From sequence record DRR723986_6985: 47,821 nt of DNA; one strand, given 5' to 3'. The notes beneath the pieces were generated by a model. That model was not told the origin of the DNA, did not search any database, and saw only the letters and a list, made by a program, of their open reading frames with translations. The translations under genes and the position numbers were made by a program. This document shows, piece by piece, positions 1 to 8,240 of the stretch (position 1 is the stretch's first letter; every line of letters starts with the position of its first letter).

Positions 1-1043
1 ACGATATAGACCAGCGCGATGTAGGAAATCACGGCCGGCAGAAAGGCGTGAGTGATCACGTCGACATAGGAAATGCCGACATATTCGACCATCAGAAAGG
101 CGGCAGCGCCCATCACCGGCGGCATGATCTGGCCGTTCACGGATGATGCGACCTCAACTGATCCGGCCTGTTCGGATGTGAAGCCGACGCGCTTCATCAG
201 CGGAATGGTGAATGTGCCCGTGGTAACGACGTTTGCGATGGACGAGCCGGAAATGAGGCCGGTGGCTGCAGAGCCGACAACGGCTGCCTTGGCCGGGCCA
301 CCCTTCAGGTGACCGAGCGCGCCGAAGGCCATCTTGATGAAGTAGTTGCCCGCGCCCGCCTTGTCCAGCAAGGCGCCAAAGAGCACGAACAGGAAGACGA
401 ACTTGGTGGAGACACCGAGCGCGATACCGAAGACACCCTCCGACGTGATCCACATGTGGCTCATCGCCTTTTGCAGCGAAGCGCCCTTCCAGCGGATGAC
501 CTCCGGGACCCATTCTGAGGAGCCGAAGAAGACGTAGAGCAGGAATACGGTTGCGACGATGGCCATGGCCGGGCCGAGTGCCCGGCGCGCGGCTTCAAAC
601 AGGACCACGATACCAGCAAGGGCGAACCACTTGTCGGTGTCGTCGGCCAGACCGCCGTTGGCAACGATCTTGTCGTAGAAGAAGAAGCCGTAAAGCGAAA
701 TGAAGGCGCCGAAAAACGCCAGGGCCCAGTCCTGGATCGGGACGCGGTGTCTCGGACTGCTCGACAGTGCGGGGTAGGCCATGAATGCCAGGAACATCGC
801 AAACGCCAGATGCACCTGTCGGCTGTTGTTGATGATGTCCGACGGCAGGACGTAATAGACGATGGGGGAGGCGAGCAGAACCTGGAAGCAGGACCAGATC
901 AGGGCCACGGTGGCGATCATCATCCCGACGGACCCGGCAGGATTCCTGGACCCGGAATCGGAGGAGGCGACGAGTTCCTGAAGTTCTTCTTCGGATAGTC
1001 CCTGTCGTTGGTCCCGTCCGTTCGGCTGGTTCTGTTCAGACAT
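1..1043 (-). CDS. TRAP transporter fused permease (4TM/12TM, TAXI-associated), 5' part; runs off the window
   Basis: Hand translation from ATG 1043: MSEQNQPNGRDQRQGLSEEELQELVASSD...; later the family motif NGQIMPPVMGAAAFLMVEY; lies downstream of a TAXI binding protein. Missing from the ORF track because no stop falls in the window. Confidence 0.9.
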   Translation of the reverse strand, partial: MSEQNQPNGRDQRQGLSEEELQELVASSDSGSRNPAGSVGMMIATVALIWSCFQVLLASPIVYYVLPSDIINNSRQVHLAFAMFLAFMAYPALSSSPRHRVPIQDWALAFFGAFISLYGFFFYDKIVANGGLADDTDKWFALAGIVVLFEAARRALGPAMAIVATVFLLYVFFGSSEWVPEVIRWKGASLQKAMSHMWITSEGVFGIALGVSTKFVFLFVLFGALLDKAGAGNYFIKMAFGALGHLKGGPAKAAVVGSAATGLISGSSIANVVTTGTFTIPLMKRVGFTSEQAGSVEVASSVNGQIMPPVMGAAAFLMVEYVGISYVDVITHAFLPAVISYIALVYI

Positions 1044-1180
1044 GAAGTTCCCCCGGTCTTCCGGCTGAAGCGCAACGTCGGCGTTGCGCTCGGCTGGCAC
1101 CCGACAGCCACGCAGCCCGTGGCATCTGTTAATTCATTCAAGAAATGCCTTGGCCAAAATGTCGTTCAAAGGGCCGCAGC

Positions 1181-1212
1181 AGAGAAACGGGCCCGGACAT
1201 GGTCCGGACCCG
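1181..1212 (-). terminator. Hairpin plus short U-rich tract after the TAXI SBP gene (attenuator or mRNA stabiliser)
   Basis: Minus strand CGGGTCCGGAC-cat-GTCCGGGCCCG followed by TTTCTCT. Confidence 0.55.
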
Positions 1213-1227
1213 AAATGTTGGCAAGGA

Positions 1228-2196
1228 TTAGTTGATCCAGCCCTGTTCCTGGTAGTACTTCGCAGCACCCGGATGAAGCGGCGCGGACAGGCCGTCCTTC
1301 ACCATTTCTTCCGGCTTCAGGTTGGCAAAGGCAGGATGCAGCTTCTTGAAGGCATCGAAGTTCTCGAACACTGACTTGACCAGCGTGTAGACGACTTCAT
1401 CGTCCACCTTGGCGGACGTGATGAAGGTCGCGCCGACACCGAAGGTGGTGACGTCTTCGTCATTGCCGCGATACATGCCGCCCGGGATAGTGGCCTTGCG
1501 GTAGTAGCTGTTGTCTTCGATCAGCTTTCCGACAACCGGGCCGTCAACGTTCACGAGTTTGGAGTCGCACGCCGTGGTCGCTTCCTGAATAGAACCGGAC
1601 GGATGGCCGACCGTGTAAACCATGGCATCGATCTGGTTGTCGCAGAGGGCGGCAGACTGTTCTGCAGCCTTCAGCTCGGTCGCCTGCGCGAAGTCATCCG
1701 TGGACCAGCCCATCGCTTCCATCAGAACTTCCATGGTGCCGCGCTGACCGGAACCCGGGTTGCCGATGTTGACCCGCTTGCCTTTCAGGTCCTCGAAGGA
1801 CGTGACGCCGCTATCGGCGCGGGCAACGACGGTGAACGGCTCGGGGTGCACGGAGAAGACGGCTCGCAGGTCTTCGAACGGGCCTTTTTCCTCGAACTGC
1901 GAGGTGCCGTTGTAAGCGTGATACTGCCAATCGGACTGGGCAACACCAAACTCCAGTTCGCCTTCACGTACCGTGTTGATGTTGTAGACGGACCCGCCGG
2001 TGGATTCCACGGAGCAACGAATGCCATGGTCCTTGCGGCCCTTGTTGACGAGCCGGCAAATGGCTCCGCCGGTCGGATAGTAAACGCCAGTCACACCACC
2101 AGTGCCGATGGTGATGAATTGCTCTGCAGAGGCTGCGCCGGTGAATGCGATGCTGGTCGCCATGACGGCGCCCGCAAGGTTCAGTTTCATCATCAT
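1228..2196 (-). CDS. TAXI family TRAP solute-binding protein
   Basis: Signal peptide MMMKLNLAGAVMATSIAFTGAASA, then ITIGTGGVTGVYY, STGGSVYN and GNPGSG motifs and C-terminal PLHPGA; start could be 2196, 2193 or 2190. Confidence 0.92.
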   Translation of the reverse strand: MMMKLNLAGAVMATSIAFTGAASAEQFITIGTGGVTGVYYPTGGAICRLVNKGRKDHGIRCSVESTGGSVYNINTVREGELEFGVAQSDWQYHAYNGTSQFEEKGPFEDLRAVFSVHPEPFTVVARADSGVTSFEDLKGKRVNIGNPGSGQRGTMEVLMEAMGWSTDDFAQATELKAAEQSAALCDNQIDAMVYTVGHPSGSIQEATTACDSKLVNVDGPVVGKLIEDNSYYRKATIPGGMYRGNDEDVTTFGVGATFITSAKVDDEVVYTLVKSVFENFDAFKKLHPAFANLKPEEMVKDGLSAPLHPGAAKYYQEQGWIN

Positions 2197-2248
2197 TTGA
2201 CTTGGCTTCCCTTTGTTTGAATTCTTGTGTCCGGCATGGCGATCCACG

Positions 2249-3118
2249 CTAGACGTTTTCAAATTCGTCGAGCAGACGATTGTGTCTGTCGACCTCCTGG
2301 ATCCGGGCTTCCGCCTCGGCTCCGGCCCGCGCAACCAGCATGCCTGTAATGGTTTCGATAAGCACAAGCGTGGCTGCGTAAGACGAGAAAAAGTGTGGAC
2401 TTTCAGTGCGTTGTATGAAGTGGTAATTCGCGAATTGCAACCCTGGAAAGGCGTGGCTGTCGGTCAGGACGATCACCTGTGCACCATTTCCTGCCGCCAC
2501 TTTTGCCGCGCGTACCGAACGGTGGGCATAAGGGTGCTTGGACAGGACGATGACCGTGTCGGCCGATGTAATGCCGGCAAGCGTGCTGCCCAGAGTGGCA
2601 CCATTGCGCCCGGCAACGACCCACCTGTCATCGAACCACTTGGCCAGATAGGCGAAATAGTCGGTAAAACCTGCTGAGGCGAGGGCGCCTATCAGGATGA
2701 TCTTGCGGGACTGGCTGAGCCGGTCGACGGCAGCATCCAGAACGGCCGGGTCAATGTCGTCCACCAGTGCCTTGATGTTGTCGATGCAAGCGGAGACCTG
2801 GCGTGGCAGCAGAGGCAGGTCGGCATCCGAGCGCAGCTTCCTGGCCTTGTCCTGAAACGTGTCCCGCCCACGGTGGCTCAACTCGTTCCGGGCCTGTTCG
2901 CGCAACGCTTCGTAATCAGAAAAACCCAGTGCCCTTGCAAGTCGGGTGTAGCTCGCCGGCGAAACACCACTGGCCGATGCGACCGACCTCAGGCTGCGGG
3001 TGGCGATTTCCACCTGGTTTTCCGCAATGTAATCCGCTGCCGTACGCAATGCATCGCTCAGGTCGGCATAATTGGCCGAAATTGCGGTGCGAAGATGGGG
3101 CGGCGAAATGGTTTCCAT
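2249..3118 (-). CDS. MurR/RpiR family transcriptional regulator (HTH + SIS)
   Basis: SLRSVASASGVSPASYTRLARALGFSDY HTH followed by a SIS-like domain; 289 aa. Confidence 0.9.
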   Translation of the reverse strand: METISPPHLRTAISANYADLSDALRTAADYIAENQVEIATRSLRSVASASGVSPASYTRLARALGFSDYEALREQARNELSHRGRDTFQDKARKLRSDADLPLLPRQVSACIDNIKALVDDIDPAVLDAAVDRLSQSRKIILIGALASAGFTDYFAYLAKWFDDRWVVAGRNGATLGSTLAGITSADTVIVLSKHPYAHRSVRAAKVAAGNGAQVIVLTDSHAFPGLQFANYHFIQRTESPHFFSSYAATLVLIETITGMLVARAGAEAEARIQEVDRHNRLLDEFENV

Positions 3119-3172
3119 CCGGTTACTGTTCCATTTGTTTTTTACATTGTCAATTTGTGAAACAAATGTTTC
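3119..3172 (-). promoter_or_regulatory. sigma70-type promoter for rpiR plus palindromic operator
   Basis: Minus strand TTGACA (3153-3148), 17 nt, AACAGT, 6 nt, ATG; palindrome GAAACA-aa-TGTTTC at 3159-3172. Confidence 0.55.
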
Positions 3173-3359
3173 GCGTTGAAAACGATCCCTCCCTTTCTAC
3201 CGGAAATCTCTACGGTTTTGCCCGTCCCGCCAGCACACTCAAGGCAGTAAAATGTCCCTGTCCAAGTGGTTTGGCGCGGTGATGACGGTTCTCGGAACCT
3301 GCTCAAAACGTCACTGATAAAAATACACGCATAAATTGATTTTTGAAATTTTTATACAC

Positions 3360-3375
3360 GTTAAGGTTTTGTTAA
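3360..3375. promoter_or_regulatory. CtrA-type binding site
   Basis: gTTAA-ggttttg-TTAA reads TTAA-N7-TTAAC on the minus strand, in AT-rich DNA ~55 bp upstream of the hydrolase. Confidence 0.5.
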
Positions 3376-3431
3376 TGATATAATCCATTGGGGGCATTGC
3401 GCTTTTCCTGTGACCATAAGGGGAGAGAGAC

Positions 3432-4322
3432 ATGACTGACTACACATCGAGAACTTTGGCCACATGTGCCCGGTCGGTGCTGTTGACACTTGCAATGGCA
3501 GCTCCGGCAATTGCCGGTAACTTCTTTGAAGTCGAGCCCGGGGTCGATCTCTATTATGAGGATCACGGATCGGGACTTCCGATCGTGTTTGTTCCCGGTT
3601 GGACCTTCACCACACAGGTTTTCGAACATCAGATCGAAGCCTTTGCGAAAGACCACCGGGTCATCACCTTCGATCCTCGAAGCCACGGCCGCTCGACGCT
3701 GACACTGGAAGGCAATAACTACGTTACCCAGGGGGCTGACCTTGCAAAGTTGCTTGATCATCTCAAGGTCGAAAAGCCGGTGCTGGTGGGGTGGTCATTC
3801 GGTTGCCTGACCACTTGGGAATTCATCAAGACAAGGTCTGTGGATGCTGCGTCCGCCCATATGTGCATCGATCTTTCGCCGACACCGCTAACCGGCAATG
3901 ACGGCGACTGGGCTGAGGGAAGCGTCGCGGAAATTGCGGAACTTTACAGCGGCATTCAGTCAGCTGAAGGCCAACGCAACGTCATCAACTGGTATGCCGA
4001 CGAGGTCATGATCGAACAGGACTACACGCCGGAACTGTCCCGCTGGATTGTCGACCAGTCGACCAAGTCGCCACCATTCGTGGCCGCGGCTTATCTGGCG
4101 GCCGGAAATTTCAGCAATTATCTGGAGACGGCCAAGGAGGTCGATGCGAAGCTGCCGTCGGCCTTCGTGATCGCCGATCACTGGTCCGACAGTGCCAAGG
4201 CCTACCTTGCCGTCCATACGCCCAACAGCTCGGTTCAGGCCTTTGGTGGCCATATGATGTTCTGGGAGTATCCGGACCGGTTCAACAGGGTGCTGGCCGG
4301 TTTCATCGCACAGATCGAATAA
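3432..4322 (+). CDS. Exported alpha/beta-fold hydrolase (non-heme haloperoxidase/arylesterase-like)
   Basis: Signal-like N-terminus; DPRSHGRS, nucleophile elbow GWSFG, C-terminal GGHMMFWE His; SD GGGAG. Confidence 0.85.
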   Translation: MTDYTSRTLATCARSVLLTLAMAAPAIAGNFFEVEPGVDLYYEDHGSGLPIVFVPGWTFTTQVFEHQIEAFAKDHRVITFDPRSHGRSTLTLEGNNYVTQGADLAKLLDHLKVEKPVLVGWSFGCLTTWEFIKTRSVDAASAHMCIDLSPTPLTGNDGDWAEGSVAEIAELYSGIQSAEGQRNVINWYADEVMIEQDYTPELSRWIVDQSTKSPPFVAAAYLAAGNFSNYLETAKEVDAKLPSAFVIADHWSDSAKAYLAVHTPNSSVQAFGGHMMFWEYPDRFNRVLAGFIAQIE

Positions 4323-4409
4323 GCTTCAGGCTCAAATTGAGTAAGTTGCGAGTGAGGCCTTGAAACTTTGCCTCACCCGCATCTGTTAGGTGACCCAAGT
4401 CGAAGGGCT

Positions 4410-5375
4410 TTAGGCAGCCTGCAACGTATAAACCGAGAACCAGTTGTTCTCGTCGCTGTCGACGTCCGTGATCTGCCATCCACCCTCGCGGGCGATGCCT
4501 TCGAACGCTTCCTCGCGGTATTTGTGCGAGTTTTCCGTGTGGATTGTCTCGCCCTTTGCGAATGCGACGGTTTCCCCGGCGATGGAGACCTGCTGCCGAA
4601 CCAGGCTTTCCAGATGCATCTCGATACGGCTTTCGCCGTCGTTCCAGATGGCTTTGTGTGCGAAGGCGGCGAGGTCGAAATCGCCATCCAGTTCCCTGTT
4701 GATCCGCTGCAAAAGGTTCTGGTTGAAGGCTGCTGTAATCCCGGCTGGATCGTCATAGGCTTCCTGCAGGACTTTTGCATCCTTTGGCCGGTCCACACCG
4801 ATAACTAGGCTGGCCTCCGGCATGGCTGAGCGAATGTTCGACAGGAGTGCCGCTGCCTCGGTTTTCTCGAAGTTGCCGATCGTGGAACCGGGAAAGAAGA
4901 TCAGCACTGGCAACTCGGGCAGCAACGGCAGTTGTCCGAAGGGCTGTGTGAAATCGGCAGCAACCGGGATTACCGCCAATGACGGGTATGCGCGGCGCAC
5001 CCGTTCGGCAGCAGCTTTCAGATGATTGGCTGAAATGTCGATCGGCATGTAGACGGACAGGTCTGGAAAGGCATTCAGCAACAGGTCTGTCTTGCGGCTG
5101 GACCCGCTGCCCAGTTCGACCATCGCTCCGCGTGCGCCCGGTAGACGGCGATATTTCCTGGCATTCTGGGCGAGGATCGAGATCTCCGTTCTGGTGGGGT
5201 AATAGGCATCCAGTTCGGTGATCGCTTCGAACAGATGTGACCCGACATCGTCGTAGAGCCATTTGCTGCTGATCGCCTTCTGGTCCTTGAGGAGACCGGA
5301 GAGAATGTCGTCGCGAAACATATCCGACTGGTTCTCGTCCGTTTGGTTCTCGGGAGAAACATGCTTGGTCATCAT
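4410..5375 (-). CDS. egtD: L-histidine N(alpha)-methyltransferase
   Basis: KWLYDDVGSHLFEAIT, YYPTRTE, ELGSG, FPGSTIGN, IHTENSHKY; ATG 5375 overlaps the egtB stop (ATGA). Confidence 0.93.
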   Translation of the reverse strand: MMTKHVSPENQTDENQSDMFRDDILSGLLKDQKAISSKWLYDDVGSHLFEAITELDAYYPTRTEISILAQNARKYRRLPGARGAMVELGSGSSRKTDLLLNAFPDLSVYMPIDISANHLKAAAERVRRAYPSLAVIPVAADFTQPFGQLPLLPELPVLIFFPGSTIGNFEKTEAAALLSNIRSAMPEASLVIGVDRPKDAKVLQEAYDDPAGITAAFNQNLLQRINRELDGDFDLAAFAHKAIWNDGESRIEMHLESLVRQQVSIAGETVAFAKGETIHTENSHKYREEAFEGIAREGGWQITDVDSDENNWFSVYTLQAA

Positions 5376-6637
5376 TGATCTCCCGCCAGCCTCAGGCCGA
5401 GCATCTGCCAGCGTTGGTGTGGATAGAAGAAGGTGCGGTACGACGACCGCAACTGTTCCTTCGGGGTCGCGCAGGACCCGCCGCGCAGCACCATCTGGTT
5501 GACCATGAACTTGCCATTGTATTCGCCAATGGCCCCCTCGGGTGGTCTGAAGCCCGGATAGGGGCTGAAAGCGCTGCTGGTCCATTGCCAGACATCGCCC
5601 CAAAGACCGGGCCTGCGGCCAACAGGCTGAAAGGCTCCGCTTTCCAGGAAATTGCCTTCGATCGGGGTCGGCTCTGCAGCGGCTTCCCACTCTGCTTCCG
5701 TCGGCAACCGGCGACCTGCCCAGCGGGCAAAGGCTTCCGCTTCGTAGTAACTGACGTGGACAACCGGTGCCGCAAGATCAACCGGTCTTGGACCCTGCAA
5801 GGTATAGGTCCACCATTGACCGTCCTGCTGCCACCAGTAGAGGGGGCTGTCCCAACCGTTCTTCTCTCGCACGGCCCAGCCTTCCATCAGCCAGAGCGTT
5901 TGGGCTGAGTAACCACCATCTTCCATGAAGGCGATCCACTCGCCGTTTGTTACGGGACGATCCGAAAGACGATAGGGCTCCAGCCAGACCTTGTGACGTG
6001 GCCCTTCGCAGTCATAAGCAAAGCCGGTCCCGTCGTGGCCGATTTCGAGAAGACCACCGTCGTAGGAAACCCATTCGGCGGTTTCAACCGCGCTGACCGG
6101 TGCCGGTTTTGGCTCGATATAGGCGGGCAGCAGCGGATTGAAGGAAAACGCATGGAGGAGATCGGTGACCAGCAGTTCCTGATGCTGCATCTCATGATGA
6201 CAGCCGAGGGTAATCAGCTCTTCAAGCTTGTCCTGTTCGAGCGAAAAGGCGTTTCGGGCAACTCCTTCACGCAGGGCGTCTTCGACGTGTGAGCGGTAGT
6301 CAAGCACGTCGGTGGCGCTGGGCCGCGAAAGCAGGCCCCGTCTCGACCGGGTATGCCTCGGGCCGGCTTGTACGTAGTACGAATTGAAGAGCACGGCGAA
6401 ACGATCATCGCGTGGCTGATAGCCAGGCAGCGAAGGCTTCAGGATGAATTCTTCGAAGAACCAAGTGGTGTGTGCCATGTGCCACTTGGGCGGGCTGGCA
6501 TCCTCCATGGATTGCAGCCCCATATCCTCCGGACTGAGGGGGGCGGCGAGAGCAAGTGTCTGTGCCCTGACCCGATCAAACAGGTCGGTAACGGCGGAAA
6601 GAGGCGCTTCATGCGTCCGCTCATCCAGCAATGTCAT
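5372..6637 (-). CDS. egtB: Ergothioneine sulfoxide synthase
   Basis: SPPKWHMAHTTWFFE and HEMQHQE iron-binding His motifs; FGE-like C-terminal domain (RLPTEAEWE, EYNGKFM); coupled to egtD. Confidence 0.93.
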   Translation of the reverse strand: MTLLDERTHEAPLSAVTDLFDRVRAQTLALAAPLSPEDMGLQSMEDASPPKWHMAHTTWFFEEFILKPSLPGYQPRDDRFAVLFNSYYVQAGPRHTRSRRGLLSRPSATDVLDYRSHVEDALREGVARNAFSLEQDKLEELITLGCHHEMQHQELLVTDLLHAFSFNPLLPAYIEPKPAPVSAVETAEWVSYDGGLLEIGHDGTGFAYDCEGPRHKVWLEPYRLSDRPVTNGEWIAFMEDGGYSAQTLWLMEGWAVREKNGWDSPLYWWQQDGQWWTYTLQGPRPVDLAAPVVHVSYYEAEAFARWAGRRLPTEAEWEAAAEPTPIEGNFLESGAFQPVGRRPGLWGDVWQWTSSAFSPYPGFRPPEGAIGEYNGKFMVNQMVLRGGSCATPKEQLRSSYRTFFYPHQRWQMLGLRLAGDQ

Positions 6638-7095
6638 GTCAATCCCTCCACGCGGGAACCGGCTGCTGTGCCTCCAGCCGGACCTGTGTCTGCCACCAAG
6701 CGACTTCTAGGTAGGCAGCGAACGGGGCATTCCAATGTCGGAAATTGCACCGGTCCTGTGCACAAATGCGCGATCAAGGCACTTGGTTGCGTATTGTTGA
6801 TAAAAAAGAACATTGTTGAGATTGATCTTCAATCGGTTGGGTTGGATGCGGAAAGTCACCAAGTCGTTGAGAGTGATGGAAGTTTCGCGTTTTGCCTTCC
6901 TGCAGATCAGGTGTGACCGTCGAAACCCATCCTAAAAAACAGCTACTGACAGGGTGTGTCAGGAGTTGCTGCAGCCAGAGTTCACATTGATGTGAGGGAA
7001 GCGAAAATCGCTTCGTGTCAGCTTGAAATGACCCTTCGCAGCAGTGCCGCACTACCTGTCTCGGGCGGCATCCGTGTTTTCCTGATGAACTTCAC

Positions 7096-7145
7096 TTGAC
7101 TTACTCGGACAGTCGTCCTAATTCGTTGATAGGTCACTTGTCCTA
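7096..7145 (+). promoter_or_regulatory. TetR promoter with two imperfect palindromic operators (consensus TAGGAC-N4-GTCCTA)
   Basis: tcGGACagtcGTCCTA at 7105-7120 and TAGGtCacttGTCCTA at 7130-7145; -35-like TTGACT at 7096. Confidence 0.6.
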
Positions 7146-7178
7146 ATGAGTGATGCGGAAATACGAAGGGAGATGGAT

Positions 7179-7772
7179 ATGGTTGCGGCAGGCGAGACAC
7201 GGCGTCAGATCGTGGATGCGGCGGACAGCCTTTTCTATGCCCAAGGTTTTACGCAGACATCCTTCGCGGACATTGCCGCAGCGGTCAAAATCTCGCGCGG
7301 CAACTTCTATTATCATTTCAAGACCAAGGACGAGATCCTCGATGCCGTGATCGACAAGCGTTTGTCGGATCGAAAAGAGCTGCTCGCCAAATGGGACGAG
7401 ACGGCGGATGAAGCACGGAAACGGATTGAATGTTTTATCCGGATTGTCATCGTCAACCAGACGAAGATCATGGCTTACGGCTGTCCCGTCGGTACGCTGA
7501 CGACGGAGCTGGCAAAGATCGATCATCCCTCACGGGACAAGGCCAACGAGATCATGGCCCTGTTCGGCGACTGGCTTGAAACACAGTTTCGCGAACTCGG
7601 CTGTGGTGAGAATTCTCGGGACAATGCCATGCATGTCCTTGGCTGGAGCCAGGGCGTCGCGACACTCGCCCAGGCATTCAAGGACAAGGACTATGTCGAG
7701 CGTGAAGTCTCGAAAATCCTGAGCTGGCTGGACGGTGTCATTGCCGGAACACAGCAGAACAAGATCCAGTAA
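7179..7772 (+). CDS. TetR/AcrR family regulator (NemR-like)
   Basis: TSFADIAAAVKISRGNFYYHFKTKDEI HTH; C-domain GCP motif; SD GGGAG 6 nt before ATG 7179 (ORF track starts at 7146). Confidence 0.9.
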   Translation: MVAAGETRRQIVDAADSLFYAQGFTQTSFADIAAAVKISRGNFYYHFKTKDEILDAVIDKRLSDRKELLAKWDETADEARKRIECFIRIVIVNQTKIMAYGCPVGTLTTELAKIDHPSRDKANEIMALFGDWLETQFRELGCGENSRDNAMHVLGWSQGVATLAQAFKDKDYVEREVSKILSWLDGVIAGTQQNKIQ

Positions 7773-7812
7773 CTCGCCTTTGCCTTTCGTAAAAACCTTC
7801 ATGGAGAATGAC

Positions 7813-8097
7813 ATGTTTGTCGTGACACTCACCTTTGCTGACAAATCCCGGGCAGGCGAACTCATGGAAGGCCACAAGGCCTGGATCCAACGCGGGTTCG
7901 AGCAAGGATATTTCCTGATGGTCGGCAGCCTGCAGCCGAACCGCGGCGGCGGGATTATAGCGCACGGCGCTAGCCTGGAAAAACTTGAAGGATTTGTTGC
8001 CGAAGACCCTTTCGTTGCTGAAGGTGTCGTGACGGCCGAAATTCTGGAAATAACACCTGCGCGGTTCGATGATCGCCTGGAGTTTTTGGCTGCCTGA
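7813..8097 (+). CDS. YciI family protein
   Basis: HKAWI...GSL...GG...EDPFV pattern; 94 aa; SD GGAG. Confidence 0.8.
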   Translation: MFVVTLTFADKSRAGELMEGHKAWIQRGFEQGYFLMVGSLQPNRGGGIIAHGASLEKLEGFVAEDPFVAEGVVTAEILEITPARFDDRLEFLAA

Positions 8098-8240
8098 TCG
8101 CGGATCATGATGCAGTAAGATGTTCATGAGGGACGGGGCAGGTTGCCAGTGACGGGTTTTTGGTGGCACATCGATCTGGAATGACTATCGATGGAGATGG
8201 GACCGTGCTTTCAGACAGCGCGGATCCGGGAGGACGCCAA

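Noticed and set aside
5372-6637. Selenoneine synthase SenA or ovothiol synthase OvoA
   Set aside because: No senB/senC neighbours and no C-terminal methyltransferase domain; coupling to egtD fits EgtB.
8100-8240. Lysine riboswitch upstream of dapA
   Set aside because: Region is short (~140 nt) and I could not find the conserved core; reported only as generic hairpins.
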